Origin: Gammaproteobacteria bacterium | GTDB lineage: Bacteria; Pseudomonadota; Gammaproteobacteria; Steroidobacterales; Foliamicaceae | Direction: 5' to 3' | Length of the DNA stretch: 64,000 bases | NCBI GenBank assembly: GCA_026708965.1 | Contig: JAPOTY010000021.1 | Coordinates: 80,182 to 144,181 of the forward strand | Part shown: in pieces, positions 10,050 through 17,862 of the stretch | Position numbering within the stretch: position 1 is the first letter of the stretch | Layout: the number at the start of each line of letters is the position of its first letter | Position numbers and translations under genes: made by a program | The notes under the pieces: model-generated | Databases searched by the model: none | The model's input: only the letters and a program-made list of their open reading frames with translations | Told to the model about the DNA's origin: nothing

Positions 10050-10820
10050 ATGGGCCAGCCGCCGCCTGAGCCAGGTTTTCCGGGCGCCGAGAGCTTCGGC
10101 TTCAGCCGGGTCGCGCCGCGCGAGAAGACGCGCCGCGTGCGCGGCGTGTTCGATTCCGTGGCCGGCCGCTACGATCTGATGAACGATTTGATGTCGCTGG
10201 GCGCGCATCGTCTCTGGAAAAAATTCGCGCTGGCCCGAACCGGGCTGCGTCCGGGCGGAACGGCGCTGGACGTGGCGGGCGGCACGGGCGATCTGGCGAT
10301 CGGAATGAGCCGCCAGGTGGGGGGCCGCGGGCGGGTGCTGTTGTCCGACATCAATCCGTCCATGCTGCGCCTGGGGCGCAGGCGCTTGATCGATGCGGGC
10401 TGCCACGCCAATAGCAGGGCGGTATGCGCCGATGCCACGGCTCTTCCGGTGGCGCCGGCCACGTTCGATTGCGTCAGCATCGGTTTCGGGCTGCGCAACG
10501 TGACCGGCAAGCCGCAGGCGCTCAAGAGCATGGCGCGCGCGATCAAGCCGGGCGGCAGGCTGCTGGTTTTGGAATTCTCGCGTCCGGCGGCGGATATCCT
10601 CAAGTCCGCCTACGACTGGTATTCGTTTTCCGTGATTCCGGCGCTGGGAAGGAGGGTGGCGGGCGACGCGGACAGCTACCGCTACCTTGTGGAGTCGATC
10701 CGCGTCCACCCCGGGCAGGAGGCGCTGGCCGCGATGATGCGCGAGGCCGGATTCGAGGATGTGCGCTGGCACAATCTCTCGGGCGGCATCGTGGCCCTGC
10801 ATATCGGCTTTCGGTATTAG
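10050..10820 (+). CDS. ubiE: demethylmenaquinone/ubiquinone C-methyltransferase UbiE
   Basis: ORF 9825..10820 trimmed to Met76 (ATG 10050). VFDSVAGRYDLMNDLMSLGAHRLWK, SAM motif LDVAGGTGD. Confidence 0.9.
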   Translation: MGQPPPEPGFPGAESFGFSRVAPREKTRRVRGVFDSVAGRYDLMNDLMSLGAHRLWKKFALARTGLRPGGTALDVAGGTGDLAIGMSRQVGGRGRVLLSDINPSMLRLGRRRLIDAGCHANSRAVCADATALPVAPATFDCVSIGFGLRNVTGKPQALKSMARAIKPGGRLLVLEFSRPAADILKSAYDWYSFSVIPALGRRVAGDADSYRYLVESIRVHPGQEALAAMMREAGFEDVRWHNLSGGIVALHIGFRY

Positions 10821-10857
10821 GGCGCGGCGGGCCACGGCGCAGCGAGGTTGTCGCACG

Positions 10858-11451
10858 ATGCTTGAGCAACTGGCGAATTCCGCTGCGGCGGTTCTGAACC
10901 GCAACCTTGCCGCTTCGCTCACCGCGCGGCGCGCCGCCGAAAGGCTGGAAGGCGTGTCCATGGACGTGGGCTTGGCGGGCGCCCGTGCTGTTTTGCGAAT
11001 GTCGGTGCGGGACGGGCGGCTCGGCGTTGGCAGCCCGGACGGCCAGCCCGCCAAAGTAAGCCTTAGCGGCGATTTGCCGCGGCTGGTTGCGCTTTTGGGC
11101 GGCGACCACGCCAGCCCGGGGCTGGAGCTGAGGGGCGACCCCGCGCTGGCCGAAGCGTTTGCGCGGCTGCTGAAGCACTGCCGCCCGGATCCCGAGGAGG
11201 AGTTGGCCCGCTTCACCGGCGAGGTATTCGCCCGCCAGGCCGGCGACGCTGCCCGCGCAGCGGCCCAGTGGGCCGGGGAAGGCGCTGTTTCGCTGCGGCG
11301 AAGCCTGCGGGATTTCGTGCAGGAGGAGGCCCGGCTGGCCCCCACCCGCGTGGAGTTCGAGGCCTTTGCCGAGCAGGTGGAGGCGCTGCGCGACACGGTG
11401 GGCCGGCTTGAGGGACGCGCGCGGATATTGCGCGCCGACCCGGAAGCATAG
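10858..11451 (+). CDS. ubiJ: SCP2-domain ubiquinone biosynthesis accessory factor UbiJ
   Basis: ORF 10759..11451 trimmed to Met34. Position between ubiE and ubiB. SCP2-like N-terminal half and an Ala/Arg-rich helical C-terminus. Confidence 0.7.
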   Translation: MLEQLANSAAAVLNRNLAASLTARRAAERLEGVSMDVGLAGARAVLRMSVRDGRLGVGSPDGQPAKVSLSGDLPRLVALLGGDHASPGLELRGDPALAEAFARLLKHCRPDPEEELARFTGEVFARQAGDAARAAAQWAGEGAVSLRRSLRDFVQEEARLAPTRVEFEAFAEQVEALRDTVGRLEGRARILRADPEA

Positions 11452-11480
11452 GCCGGGAACGGCTCGCTTCGGGCAAGCGC

Positions 11481-13073
11481 ATGCGCGTTTTTATGCGAAT
11501 TTTCGGCATCTTCCGCCTGCTGGCCCGCTATGGTTTGCTGCACGAGGCCGGACTGGCCCGGCCGCTGAGGATTCCGGCTTGGATGCTGCTGGCCGGCCGG
11601 CGGCGCAAGGGCGCTTCGCGGGGCGTTCGCCTGCGCGAGGCATTGCAGGAGCTAGGGCCGATCTTCGTGAAGTTCGGCCAGAATATCTCCACGCGGCCCG
11701 ACCTGCTTCCTGCCGATATTGCCGCCGAGCTGGCGCGGCTGCAGGACGACGTGCCGCCGTTTTCGGCGGATACGGCGCGCCGCCGCCTGAGCCGGTTTTA
11801 CGGCCGCCCGGTGGAGGAGGTGTTTGCATCATTCGAGCCCGAAGCGCTGGCGGCGGCTTCCGTCGCCCAGGTTCATGCCGCTCGCCTGCCCGGCGGCGAG
11901 GAGGTGGTGGTCAAGCTGCTGCGGCCCGGGGTGCGGGAGCGGATCGAAAAGGATGTGAAGCTGCTCTACGGATTGGCGCGGCTGGCGACCCGGCTATGGC
12001 CCGCCACCCGCCGCCTGCGCTTGGTGGAAGTGGTTAACGAGTACCGGCGAACGCTCAAATACGAAATGGATCTGATGCGCGAGGGCGCCAACGCGGCGCG
12101 CCTGAAGCGCAGTTTCGCGGATTCGGACATCATCCACGTTCCCGCCGTGCATTGGGACTACTGCCGTCCCGAAGTGCTGGTGATGGAGCGGATTCGCGGC
12201 GTGCCCATCCGCGAGGTGCAGGCGATGAAGGATGCCGGCGTGGATATTCCCGAACTGGCGGCGCGGGGCGTGAGGATTTTCTTCACCCAGGTGTTCCGCG
12301 ACAGCTTCTTTCATGCCGACATGCATCCCGGCAACGTGTTTGTGGATATTTCGGACCCGGCCAACCCGCGCTACGCGGCGGTGGATTTCGGCATCGTGGG
12401 CATTCTCGACGAGCGCGACCACCATTACCTGGGGCAAACGCTGCTGGCCTTCTTCGAGCAGGACTACGCCCGTCTAGCCCGTTTGCATCTGTACTGGGGC
12501 TGGGTGGCGCCGGATACGCGCGCGGAGGATCTTGAGGCGGCGTTCCGGGTGATCGGCGAGCCGATTTTCGCCAAGCCCTTGAGCGAGTGCAGTTTCGGCC
12601 GGGTGCTGGGCCGCATCTTCGCCACCGCCCAGGAATTCGATATGCAGTTGCAGCCGCAAATGCTGCTGCTGCACAAAACGCTGCTCAATATCGAGGGCCT
12701 GGGAAGGGAGCTATACCCTCAACTCGATCTTTGGGAAACCGGCTATCCGCTGCTCAAGCAATGGATGCGCCGCCGCGCCGCGCCTCGGCGCTTGCTCAAG
12801 GAGCTCAGGCGCGACCTGCCGGAACTGCGCTACGCCTTGCAGCGCCTGCCCCGCGTCGCCCACCGCCTGCTGGATAAAGCGGAAGGAAGGCAAGCCCGCG
12901 CCGAACACCGCGGGCTGCGAGCGCGCCGAAACCTCTGGCGCCAGCTAACCGGCGGCGCTCTGCTGATTGCCGGCGCGCTGCTGCTCGGCCTGCGCGCCGA
13001 GCCCGCTTGGCTCACTTGGCTCTCAGGCGCCGTCGGCGCTGTTCTGCTGCTCGCCTCCCGCCCCCGCCGCTAG
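11481..13073 (+). CDS. ubiB: ubiquinone biosynthesis regulatory kinase-like protein UbiB (ABC1 family)
   Basis: 530 aa. FVKFGQNISTRPDLLP, AAASVAQVHAARL.GGEEVVVKLLRPG, HADMHPGNVFV, and two C-terminal TM helices. Confidence 0.92.
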   Translation: MRVFMRIFGIFRLLARYGLLHEAGLARPLRIPAWMLLAGRRRKGASRGVRLREALQELGPIFVKFGQNISTRPDLLPADIAAELARLQDDVPPFSADTARRRLSRFYGRPVEEVFASFEPEALAAASVAQVHAARLPGGEEVVVKLLRPGVRERIEKDVKLLYGLARLATRLWPATRRLRLVEVVNEYRRTLKYEMDLMREGANAARLKRSFADSDIIHVPAVHWDYCRPEVLVMERIRGVPIREVQAMKDAGVDIPELAARGVRIFFTQVFRDSFFHADMHPGNVFVDISDPANPRYAAVDFGIVGILDERDHHYLGQTLLAFFEQDYARLARLHLYWGWVAPDTRAEDLEAAFRVIGEPIFAKPLSECSFGRVLGRIFATAQEFDMQLQPQMLLLHKTLLNIEGLGRELYPQLDLWETGYPLLKQWMRRRAAPRRLLKELRRDLPELRYALQRLPRVAHRLLDKAEGRQARAEHRGLRARRNLWRQLTGGALLIAGALLLGLRAEPAWLTWLSGAVGAVLLLASRPRR

Positions 13074-13075
13074 CG

Positions 13076-14590
13076 ATGCCCGAACCTGCTCCGCGCTGCG
13101 AACGCCGAAGTCGGCGCCTGCGGCTTGCGGTCGGACTGTTCATCAGCTTAGCCGTTTGCGGACCGCTGGGCTCCGAGGATGAGCCGGACGACGAGCCGCC
13201 GGCGATCGATATCGCGGAAACGCGGGCTGAAGGGCCGTTTGTAGGTATGGAGCTGCGGGAGACGGGGGTTCTCGCTTGGGAGGCGGAGTCGGTCGAGGTG
13301 CCCCGGTCGAAGCGATCGTCGGCTCGCTCGGAACTGACCCCGGCAGAGGTGATCGATCACCCGGATTGCGGCATGCGGATTGGCGCGGGGGCCGCCTTCG
13401 GCTTGGCGATGGTCGTTGTGCCTGATGCCATCGGCGCGCGGTTCTCGGTGCTGAACGAAGACGGCGCGGTGCAATCCGGCGATCTGCCTTTTGCGCCCTA
13501 TTGCTACATGATGGGGAAGCGGTCGGACGGCTCGATCGTGGCGGGCTTCGGTCGCTTGGCGCCCGAGCATGGCGTCAACCAAGGCCGTGAAAACCCCGGC
13601 CCGTTGCGAATCTATCTGGATGGCCAGCTGATCGACGCGCGCGAAGGCATCCGGGATTTCGGCGTGGCCAACGACGGTTCCTCGTATTGGCTGGTCGAGC
13701 CGCTGGGGGAGGGAAGCTCGCGCTTGGCAGTCCGCAATCTGGACGAGGGAACGGAAAGGCACCACGACCTAGGCGACAAGCACGAGCTGCACGGCTTCGA
13801 CATGCTCTACGGCACGTCGTACACGCCGAACGGCAACGAATTGCACGTGGCGCCAGTGAATGACAATGAGTCGGGCGAGGGTGTGCATTATTTCTTCCCT
13901 GTGAGCGGCGGCGGCCAAGCGCGGAAATTGAGGGTGGAGGGAATAGATCCTTGGGACAGAGCCTATATTGTTTCGTCCACGGAAGGGTATTTCTTCTTCA
14001 CGGGCGATGAGTCCGAACCGGGCTTCCGGGTGGAAAAACGCCGGTTCGATTGGGCCACGGGGGAAATCTCCGCGGTATGGGGGCTGGAGGGCGCCAGCGG
14101 GGTCACGCCTTCCCCGATCCAAGCCACCCCGGACGGGGCGTGGCTGTTATTTGAAACCCACCCGGCGCATTCCCGCCCAGGCGACCGTTCCTCGCCAAGA
14201 AGCGATTGGGCGCTGTATGTGCTTGATGCATCCACAGGAGAGCCGGCATTCGCGCTTCCCACAGTGGATGAGCAAGCGCAGTTGGCGCGCCTTCAAAGCG
14301 TGCTTGGGTCTGGCGCGGATATTGAAGACATGGGCTATTTCAATCGTGCGCGCATCGATAGCGGACTCAACCAGTTGATTATCGACCGCCGATTTGAAAC
14401 GGACGGGGAGCCGGATTACGACCGGCGGGCGCTCGACGTGTACGACTTGGACACGATCGCCGTCCATGCCCAGCCCGACTTTCGGTTGCCGTCCAACCGC
14501 TGGATATTGAATCCTTGCGCTTCGGCAGCCTATCCCGGCCAGCTGCTGGCGCTCGAAAACGGCAGGCTGGCCTACGCTCCTGCGCGCTAA
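13076..14590 (+). CDS. hypothetical lipoprotein (beta-rich, possibly propeller-like)
   Basis: ORF 13007..14590 trimmed to Met24. RRSRRLRLAVGLFISLAVC is an n-region plus lipobox. Repeated D-G-S/W-containing segments. No family recognised. The first roughly 16 codons are antisense to a trpA-derived repeat (see findings). Confidence 0.7.
   Translation: MPEPAPRCERRSRRLRLAVGLFISLAVCGPLGSEDEPDDEPPAIDIAETRAEGPFVGMELRETGVLAWEAESVEVPRSKRSSARSELTPAEVIDHPDCGMRIGAGAAFGLAMVVVPDAIGARFSVLNEDGAVQSGDLPFAPYCYMMGKRSDGSIVAGFGRLAPEHGVNQGRENPGPLRIYLDGQLIDAREGIRDFGVANDGSSYWLVEPLGEGSSRLAVRNLDEGTERHHDLGDKHELHGFDMLYGTSYTPNGNELHVAPVNDNESGEGVHYFFPVSGGGQARKLRVEGIDPWDRAYIVSSTEGYFFFTGDESEPGFRVEKRRFDWATGEISAVWGLEGASGVTPSPIQATPDGAWLLFETHPAHSRPGDRSSPRSDWALYVLDASTGEPAFALPTVDEQAQLARLQSVLGSGADIEDMGYFNRARIDSGLNQLIIDRRFETDGEPDYDRRALDVYDLDTIAVHAQPDFRLPSNRWILNPCASAAYPGQLLALENGRLAYAPAR
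13084..13123. repeat. direct repeat copy A (relic of trpA 3' coding sequence)
   Basis: acctgctccgcgctgcgaacgccgaagtcggcgcctgcgg matches 14723..14762 at 35 of 40 positions in the same orientation. Confidence 0.85.
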
Positions 14591-14613
14591 CGTTTGGGGA
14601 ACGTTCAGCCGGA

Positions 14614-15384
14614 TCAGTCGCGCAATTGGCGGAGGAAAGCGCCTGCGTCTTCGCCGCGCTCTAGGCAGTCCACGACCGCCGAGCCGACTATCACGCCGTC
14701 GGCCACGCCGCTTAAGGCGCGCACTTGCTGCGCGCTGCGAACGCCGAAGCCGGCGCATACGGGCAGGCCGGAATACTCGCTGACCTTTTGCATGTAGCCG
14801 GTCATTTCCGCCGACACCTCGCGTTCTCCGCCGGTCACGCCGGTGGCGGTGACGGCGTACACGAATCCGCCGCTGGCTTGGCACAGCGCGCGCAAACGGT
14901 CGTCGGGCGTGGCCGGCGTCACCATTTGCACCAGCGCCGCGCCGTGCTTCTGCAAAGGGGCGCGCGCCGCCGCGCATTCCTCCCAAGGCAGATCCGGCAC
15001 GATCAGGCCCGCCACGCCGCATTCGCCGCAGCGCGTCGCCAGCGATTCGAGCCCGTAGGCCAGCAGCGGGTTGTAGTAGCTCATCAGCACCAGCGGCACG
15101 CCCGGATCGCCATGCGCCTGAAGCTCGTCGAGTATCCAGTTCAACGAAACCCTGTTCGCCAGCGCCGTTTCGCTGGCCCGCTGTATCGTCACGCCGTCGG
15201 CCATCGGATCGGAGAACGGCACGCCGATCTCCACCGCGTCGCCCGCCGCCGCCAGCATGTCCAGAATCGCGTGGAAGTCCTCCCGCCTCGGGTGCCCGGC
15301 CGTGAAGAACGGCAACAGCGCCGGCTGCCGCGCGTTCAGGATGGCGCTGCGAAGCCGCTCCGCGCCGGTGCTCGATTTGCTCAC
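14614..15384 (-). CDS. trpA: tryptophan synthase alpha chain
   Basis: ORF 14614..15489. FFTAGHP, EIGVPFSDPMADGVTIQ, LMSYYNP, GFVY.V...GVTG, CAGFGV. Start placed at GTG 15384 (VSKSSTGAERLRSAI...), giving a typical 256 aa. The upstream 35 codons look like a relic rather than TrpA. Confidence 0.88.
   Translation of the reverse strand: MSKSSTGAERLRSAILNARQPALLPFFTAGHPRREDFHAILDMLAAAGDAVEIGVPFSDPMADGVTIQRASETALANRVSLNWILDELQAHGDPGVPLVLMSYYNPLLAYGLESLATRCGECGVAGLIVPDLPWEECAAARAPLQKHGAALVQMVTPATPDDRLRALCQASGGFVYAVTATGVTGGEREVSAEMTGYMQKVSEYSGLPVCAGFGVRSAQQVRALSGVADGVIVGSAVVDCLERGEDAGAFLRQLRD
14723..14762. repeat. direct repeat copy B (inside intact trpA, codons for CAGFGVRSAQQV)
   Basis: acttgctgcgcgctgcgaacgccgaagccggcgcatacgg. 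This is the partner of 13084..13123. Confidence 0.85.
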
Positions 15385-15688
15385 AAGCGTACATTGTGGA
15401 GCAGCACCGCCGCATCTGGCAATGCCAAGGATACGCCCCAAGGCATCGGCGCGCCTCTGGCCCGCGCCTGCAAGCGGCGTTTCGCCCACCTCCGGCGCCC
15501 GCTGGTTCTTATCTCCCGCTATCTCTAATCCTTGATAGTAGGATTTCCTTCATATGGGTGAAAAGTTGATCAAAGGCGTTATCAGGGCCGCTTTTTGACC
15601 TCGGCCTACGATTGGCCCGACCGAGTTAGTTGCTATTTATTTCTATATTAGCTAAATTGTCAACTGATGGAGAAGGGAGAATAAAATA

Positions 15689-16768
15689 ATGATAGGACAG
15701 AGGCTTAGGATATCAAGGCTGGCTTCCGGGCTTTCTCTTCGTGGTTTGGAAGCCAAGATTGACAACCGTGTTACGGCTCAGGCGATCAGCAAGTACGAGC
15801 GCAACGAGTCAATGCCGAGTTCGGGTGTGCTCATTGCGCTCGCCGATGCGCTGGATGTGGCCGTGGATTATCTGGCTGGCGATGCGAGCATGGTTCTGGA
15901 AGCCGTGGATTTCCGCAAGAAAAGGTTTACGGGTAGGCGTGAACAAGCGCGCATCGAAGCCAGTGTGCTGCATCTGCTTGAGCGCTACCTCACGGTCGAG
16001 GAGATTCTGGGCCTGCCAAGCGTTGCCTGGGACAAGCCGAGGGAGGCGCCCTGGCCCGTGGTGCGCGATTTGTCTGAGGCGGAGCAAGGCGCGCTTGGAC
16101 TTCGCATTCACTGGGGGCTTGGCCTCGATCCTATTCCAAACTTGGTCGAACCTCTGGAAGAAAGGGGGATCAAGGTATTGGCAATGGACCTTCCCGCTAT
16201 CGACGGCCTGACCGCGCGCGTACGCCGGGACAAGGGGAAGCCCGCCTCTGTAATTGTCGTAAACCAAGGAGATTGGGGCGAGCGCCAGAGATTTACGGCG
16301 GCGCACGAGCTAGGCCACATGGTTCTGGATGTTGCTCCCAAGCTGAACAATGAAAAGGCCGCGCACCGCTTTGCCGGCGCCTTCCTCATGTCGGCGGAAA
16401 CGCTGCGCGCCGCAATCGGCAAGCACCGCAAGTCCATGGGCTGGGGCGAGCTGTTCGAGTTGAAACGGGTGTTCGGCGTTAGCGTGCAGGCGCTCACGTA
16501 TCGCTGCAAGGACCTCGGCATTTTCAGCAACCGCTTGTTCCGGTCGCTGTTCGACGAGTTTGCCCGCCGCGGCTGGCGCCGCCCGCCGTACGAGGAGCCT
16601 TATGCAATGCAAGGCGAAAAGCCCGGACGGTTCGAGCGGCTGTGCTACCGCGCCTTGGTGGAGGGGGCGGTGTCCGATGCCAAAGCCGCCGAGCTGCTCG
16701 GCATTTCGGTTCGCGAGTTGAACCAGCGCGTGGAGGAGCCCCCTCGTTTCGAGCCGCTAGCCGCCTGA
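15689..16768 (+). CDS. XRE-family HTH fused to ImmA/IrrE (M78) zinc metallopeptidase domain
   Basis: 359 aa. N-terminal HTH (LSLRGLEAKI..RVTAQAISKYERNESMPS), HEXXH site AAHELGHMV. AT-rich upstream region with agggaga SD. Confidence 0.85.
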   Translation: MIGQRLRISRLASGLSLRGLEAKIDNRVTAQAISKYERNESMPSSGVLIALADALDVAVDYLAGDASMVLEAVDFRKKRFTGRREQARIEASVLHLLERYLTVEEILGLPSVAWDKPREAPWPVVRDLSEAEQGALGLRIHWGLGLDPIPNLVEPLEERGIKVLAMDLPAIDGLTARVRRDKGKPASVIVVNQGDWGERQRFTAAHELGHMVLDVAPKLNNEKAAHRFAGAFLMSAETLRAAIGKHRKSMGWGELFELKRVFGVSVQALTYRCKDLGIFSNRLFRSLFDEFARRGWRRPPYEEPYAMQGEKPGRFERLCYRALVEGAVSDAKAAELLGISVRELNQRVEEPPRFEPLAA

Positions 16769-16774
16769 CCACGG

Positions 16775-16984
16775 ATGCCGGGCGACGGAGAAATGCGTGA
16801 GCTGGCCCGATCAGAAGCAGTTGCCTGCCATGGCGTTCTATGGCTGATTGACAAAATGTTCGAGCATGGCCTCGTATCTGCCGCCCAGCTCTGTTTCTCC
16901 ATCCAAGCAATTGCGTCACATCCCCGCTGCCGGTTGCCGAAGAATGAAGTCAGAAAAAGGATTCGGCTCTACTGTGGCGGCTGA
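16775..16984 (+). CDS. 69-aa ORF, possibly the C-terminal remnant of a PIN-like (DUF3368-type) protein
   Basis: Lies in the same reading frame as the upstream gene, 2 codons after its TGA. The segment ACHGVLWLIDKMFEHGLVSAAQL...RLPKNEV resembles the C-terminal helix pattern of DUF3368/PIN proteins. The N-terminal catalytic half is absent. Confidence 0.35.
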   Translation: MPGDGEMRELARSEAVACHGVLWLIDKMFEHGLVSAAQLCFSIQAIASHPRCRLPKNEVRKRIRLYCGG

Positions 16985-17069
16985 AAGAACCCGTGCATGA
17001 ATTTGAACAATTGCGATAGGCAAGCTAGAGCTGCACTTGAGGCGCTGGAGTATTCCTGCCCTCTTTCCG

Positions 17070-17103
17070 AGGCCCGTGCGCGAGCACGGGCCTTCGTGTA
17101 TTT
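17070..17103 (+). terminator. Rho-independent terminator-like hairpin
   Basis: aggcccgtgc-GCGA-gcacgggcct is a 10-bp stem with a tetraloop, followed by tcgtgtattt. Confidence 0.5.
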
Positions 17104-17263
17104 AGGAACTTGGTGGTGAGATTGCTTACCTTGACGAGTTCGGACATGTTGGCCCGTATGCTTCCCGAAACGACCCGAGGCATAACGCCAGTCCGGTATA
17201 TTGCTTACCGGGTCGCCCGCGCCGTCGTTTGAGTAAAATCGCGCAAGGACTCGGCGCACGACC

Positions 17264-17488
17264 ATGAGCAACGCTCACCACCTTGGCCTATCGATCCCGT
17301 CGGCGGCTTGGCTGCGCCCTCCGCCCAAGGCGGATGATGCCGCCTTGCATGAAATTCTGGTCGCATTCAATCCAATGATCCTGTGGGAAAGCGAACCAAG
17401 CGCGGCCCTCTTTCTACAAGAACATCCCCAAAAACGACATCGAAATCGAGAAATAGCCACCGAGCATTGCATAATTGACGGACTATGA
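17264..17488 (+). CDS. 74-aa hypothetical ORF, possibly a frameshifted piece of a decayed DUF3800-like gene
   Basis: ATG with no convincing SD. Its stop overlaps the next start (ATGA). See the finding on 17106..17488. Confidence 0.3.
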   Translation: MSNAHHLGLSIPSAAWLRPPPKADDAALHEILVAFNPMILWESEPSAALFLQEHPQKRHRNREIATEHCIIDGL

Positions 17489-17862
17489 AATTCCGCGAGC
17501 AATTGCCGGAAAATTGTCCGCCAGATTCGGCAGTGGAAATTCGAGAGACAATATACGTGTTCCGACTCGTCAGATCGCTGCCGCCTACTGAGTCGGATTT
17601 TCAGTCTCAACGGGCCGAAAATCTGGACCGCTCATTTTCAGGAGTAAGTGAATGCCAAGCCTTCGGCCTATCCGTTTTTCTGCTGCGCAGCGATGCAGAG
17701 AAGAAGCTAAAGTTGCCCAAAATGCGCGGGCGGAAGGTCTGTCGAGTGATGTTGGTTGCCGGAGCAGGCTATATCGATAAGACTGGTCGAGCATCGCATC
17801 ACACATGGTGGCCGCTCGCGAAATACGACATATTGGCCCAATGCAATTGGGAAGCGATATGA
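17485..17862 (+). CDS. hypothetical protein (125 aa), family unknown
   Basis: MKFREQLPENCPPDSAVE...DFQSQRAE...SECQAFGLSVF...GRASHHTWWPLAKYDIL. Overlaps both neighbours by ATGA. No catalytic motif recognised. Confidence 0.65.
   Translation: MKFREQLPENCPPDSAVEIRETIYVFRLVRSLPPTESDFQSQRAENLDRSFSGVSECQAFGLSVFLLRSDAEKKLKLPKMRGRKVCRVMLVAGAGYIDKTGRASHHTWWPLAKYDILAQCNWEAI

Noticed and set aside
8558-11543. Long minus-strand ORFs 8558..10051 (497 aa) and 9966..11543 (525 aa)
   Set aside because: They are antisense to hslU, ubiE, ubiJ and ubiB, all of which carry clear family motifs. The composition is Arg/Ala/Pro/His-biased with no recognisable domain.
15527-15545. Small inverted repeat aatcct-tgatagt-aggatt at the GC transition upstream of trpA, as a possible att core or operator
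   Set aside because: It has only 6-bp arms and a single occurrence, with no second copy at the other island edge. It is too short to interpret.
15582-15589. 8-mer tcagggcc present near both edges of the trpB/trpA island (15582-15589 and 26891-26898), as a candidate target-site duplication
   Set aside because: An 8-bp GC-rich match is expected by chance in an 11-kb comparison. The flanking bases do not extend the match, and no recombinase or IS end abuts either copy.
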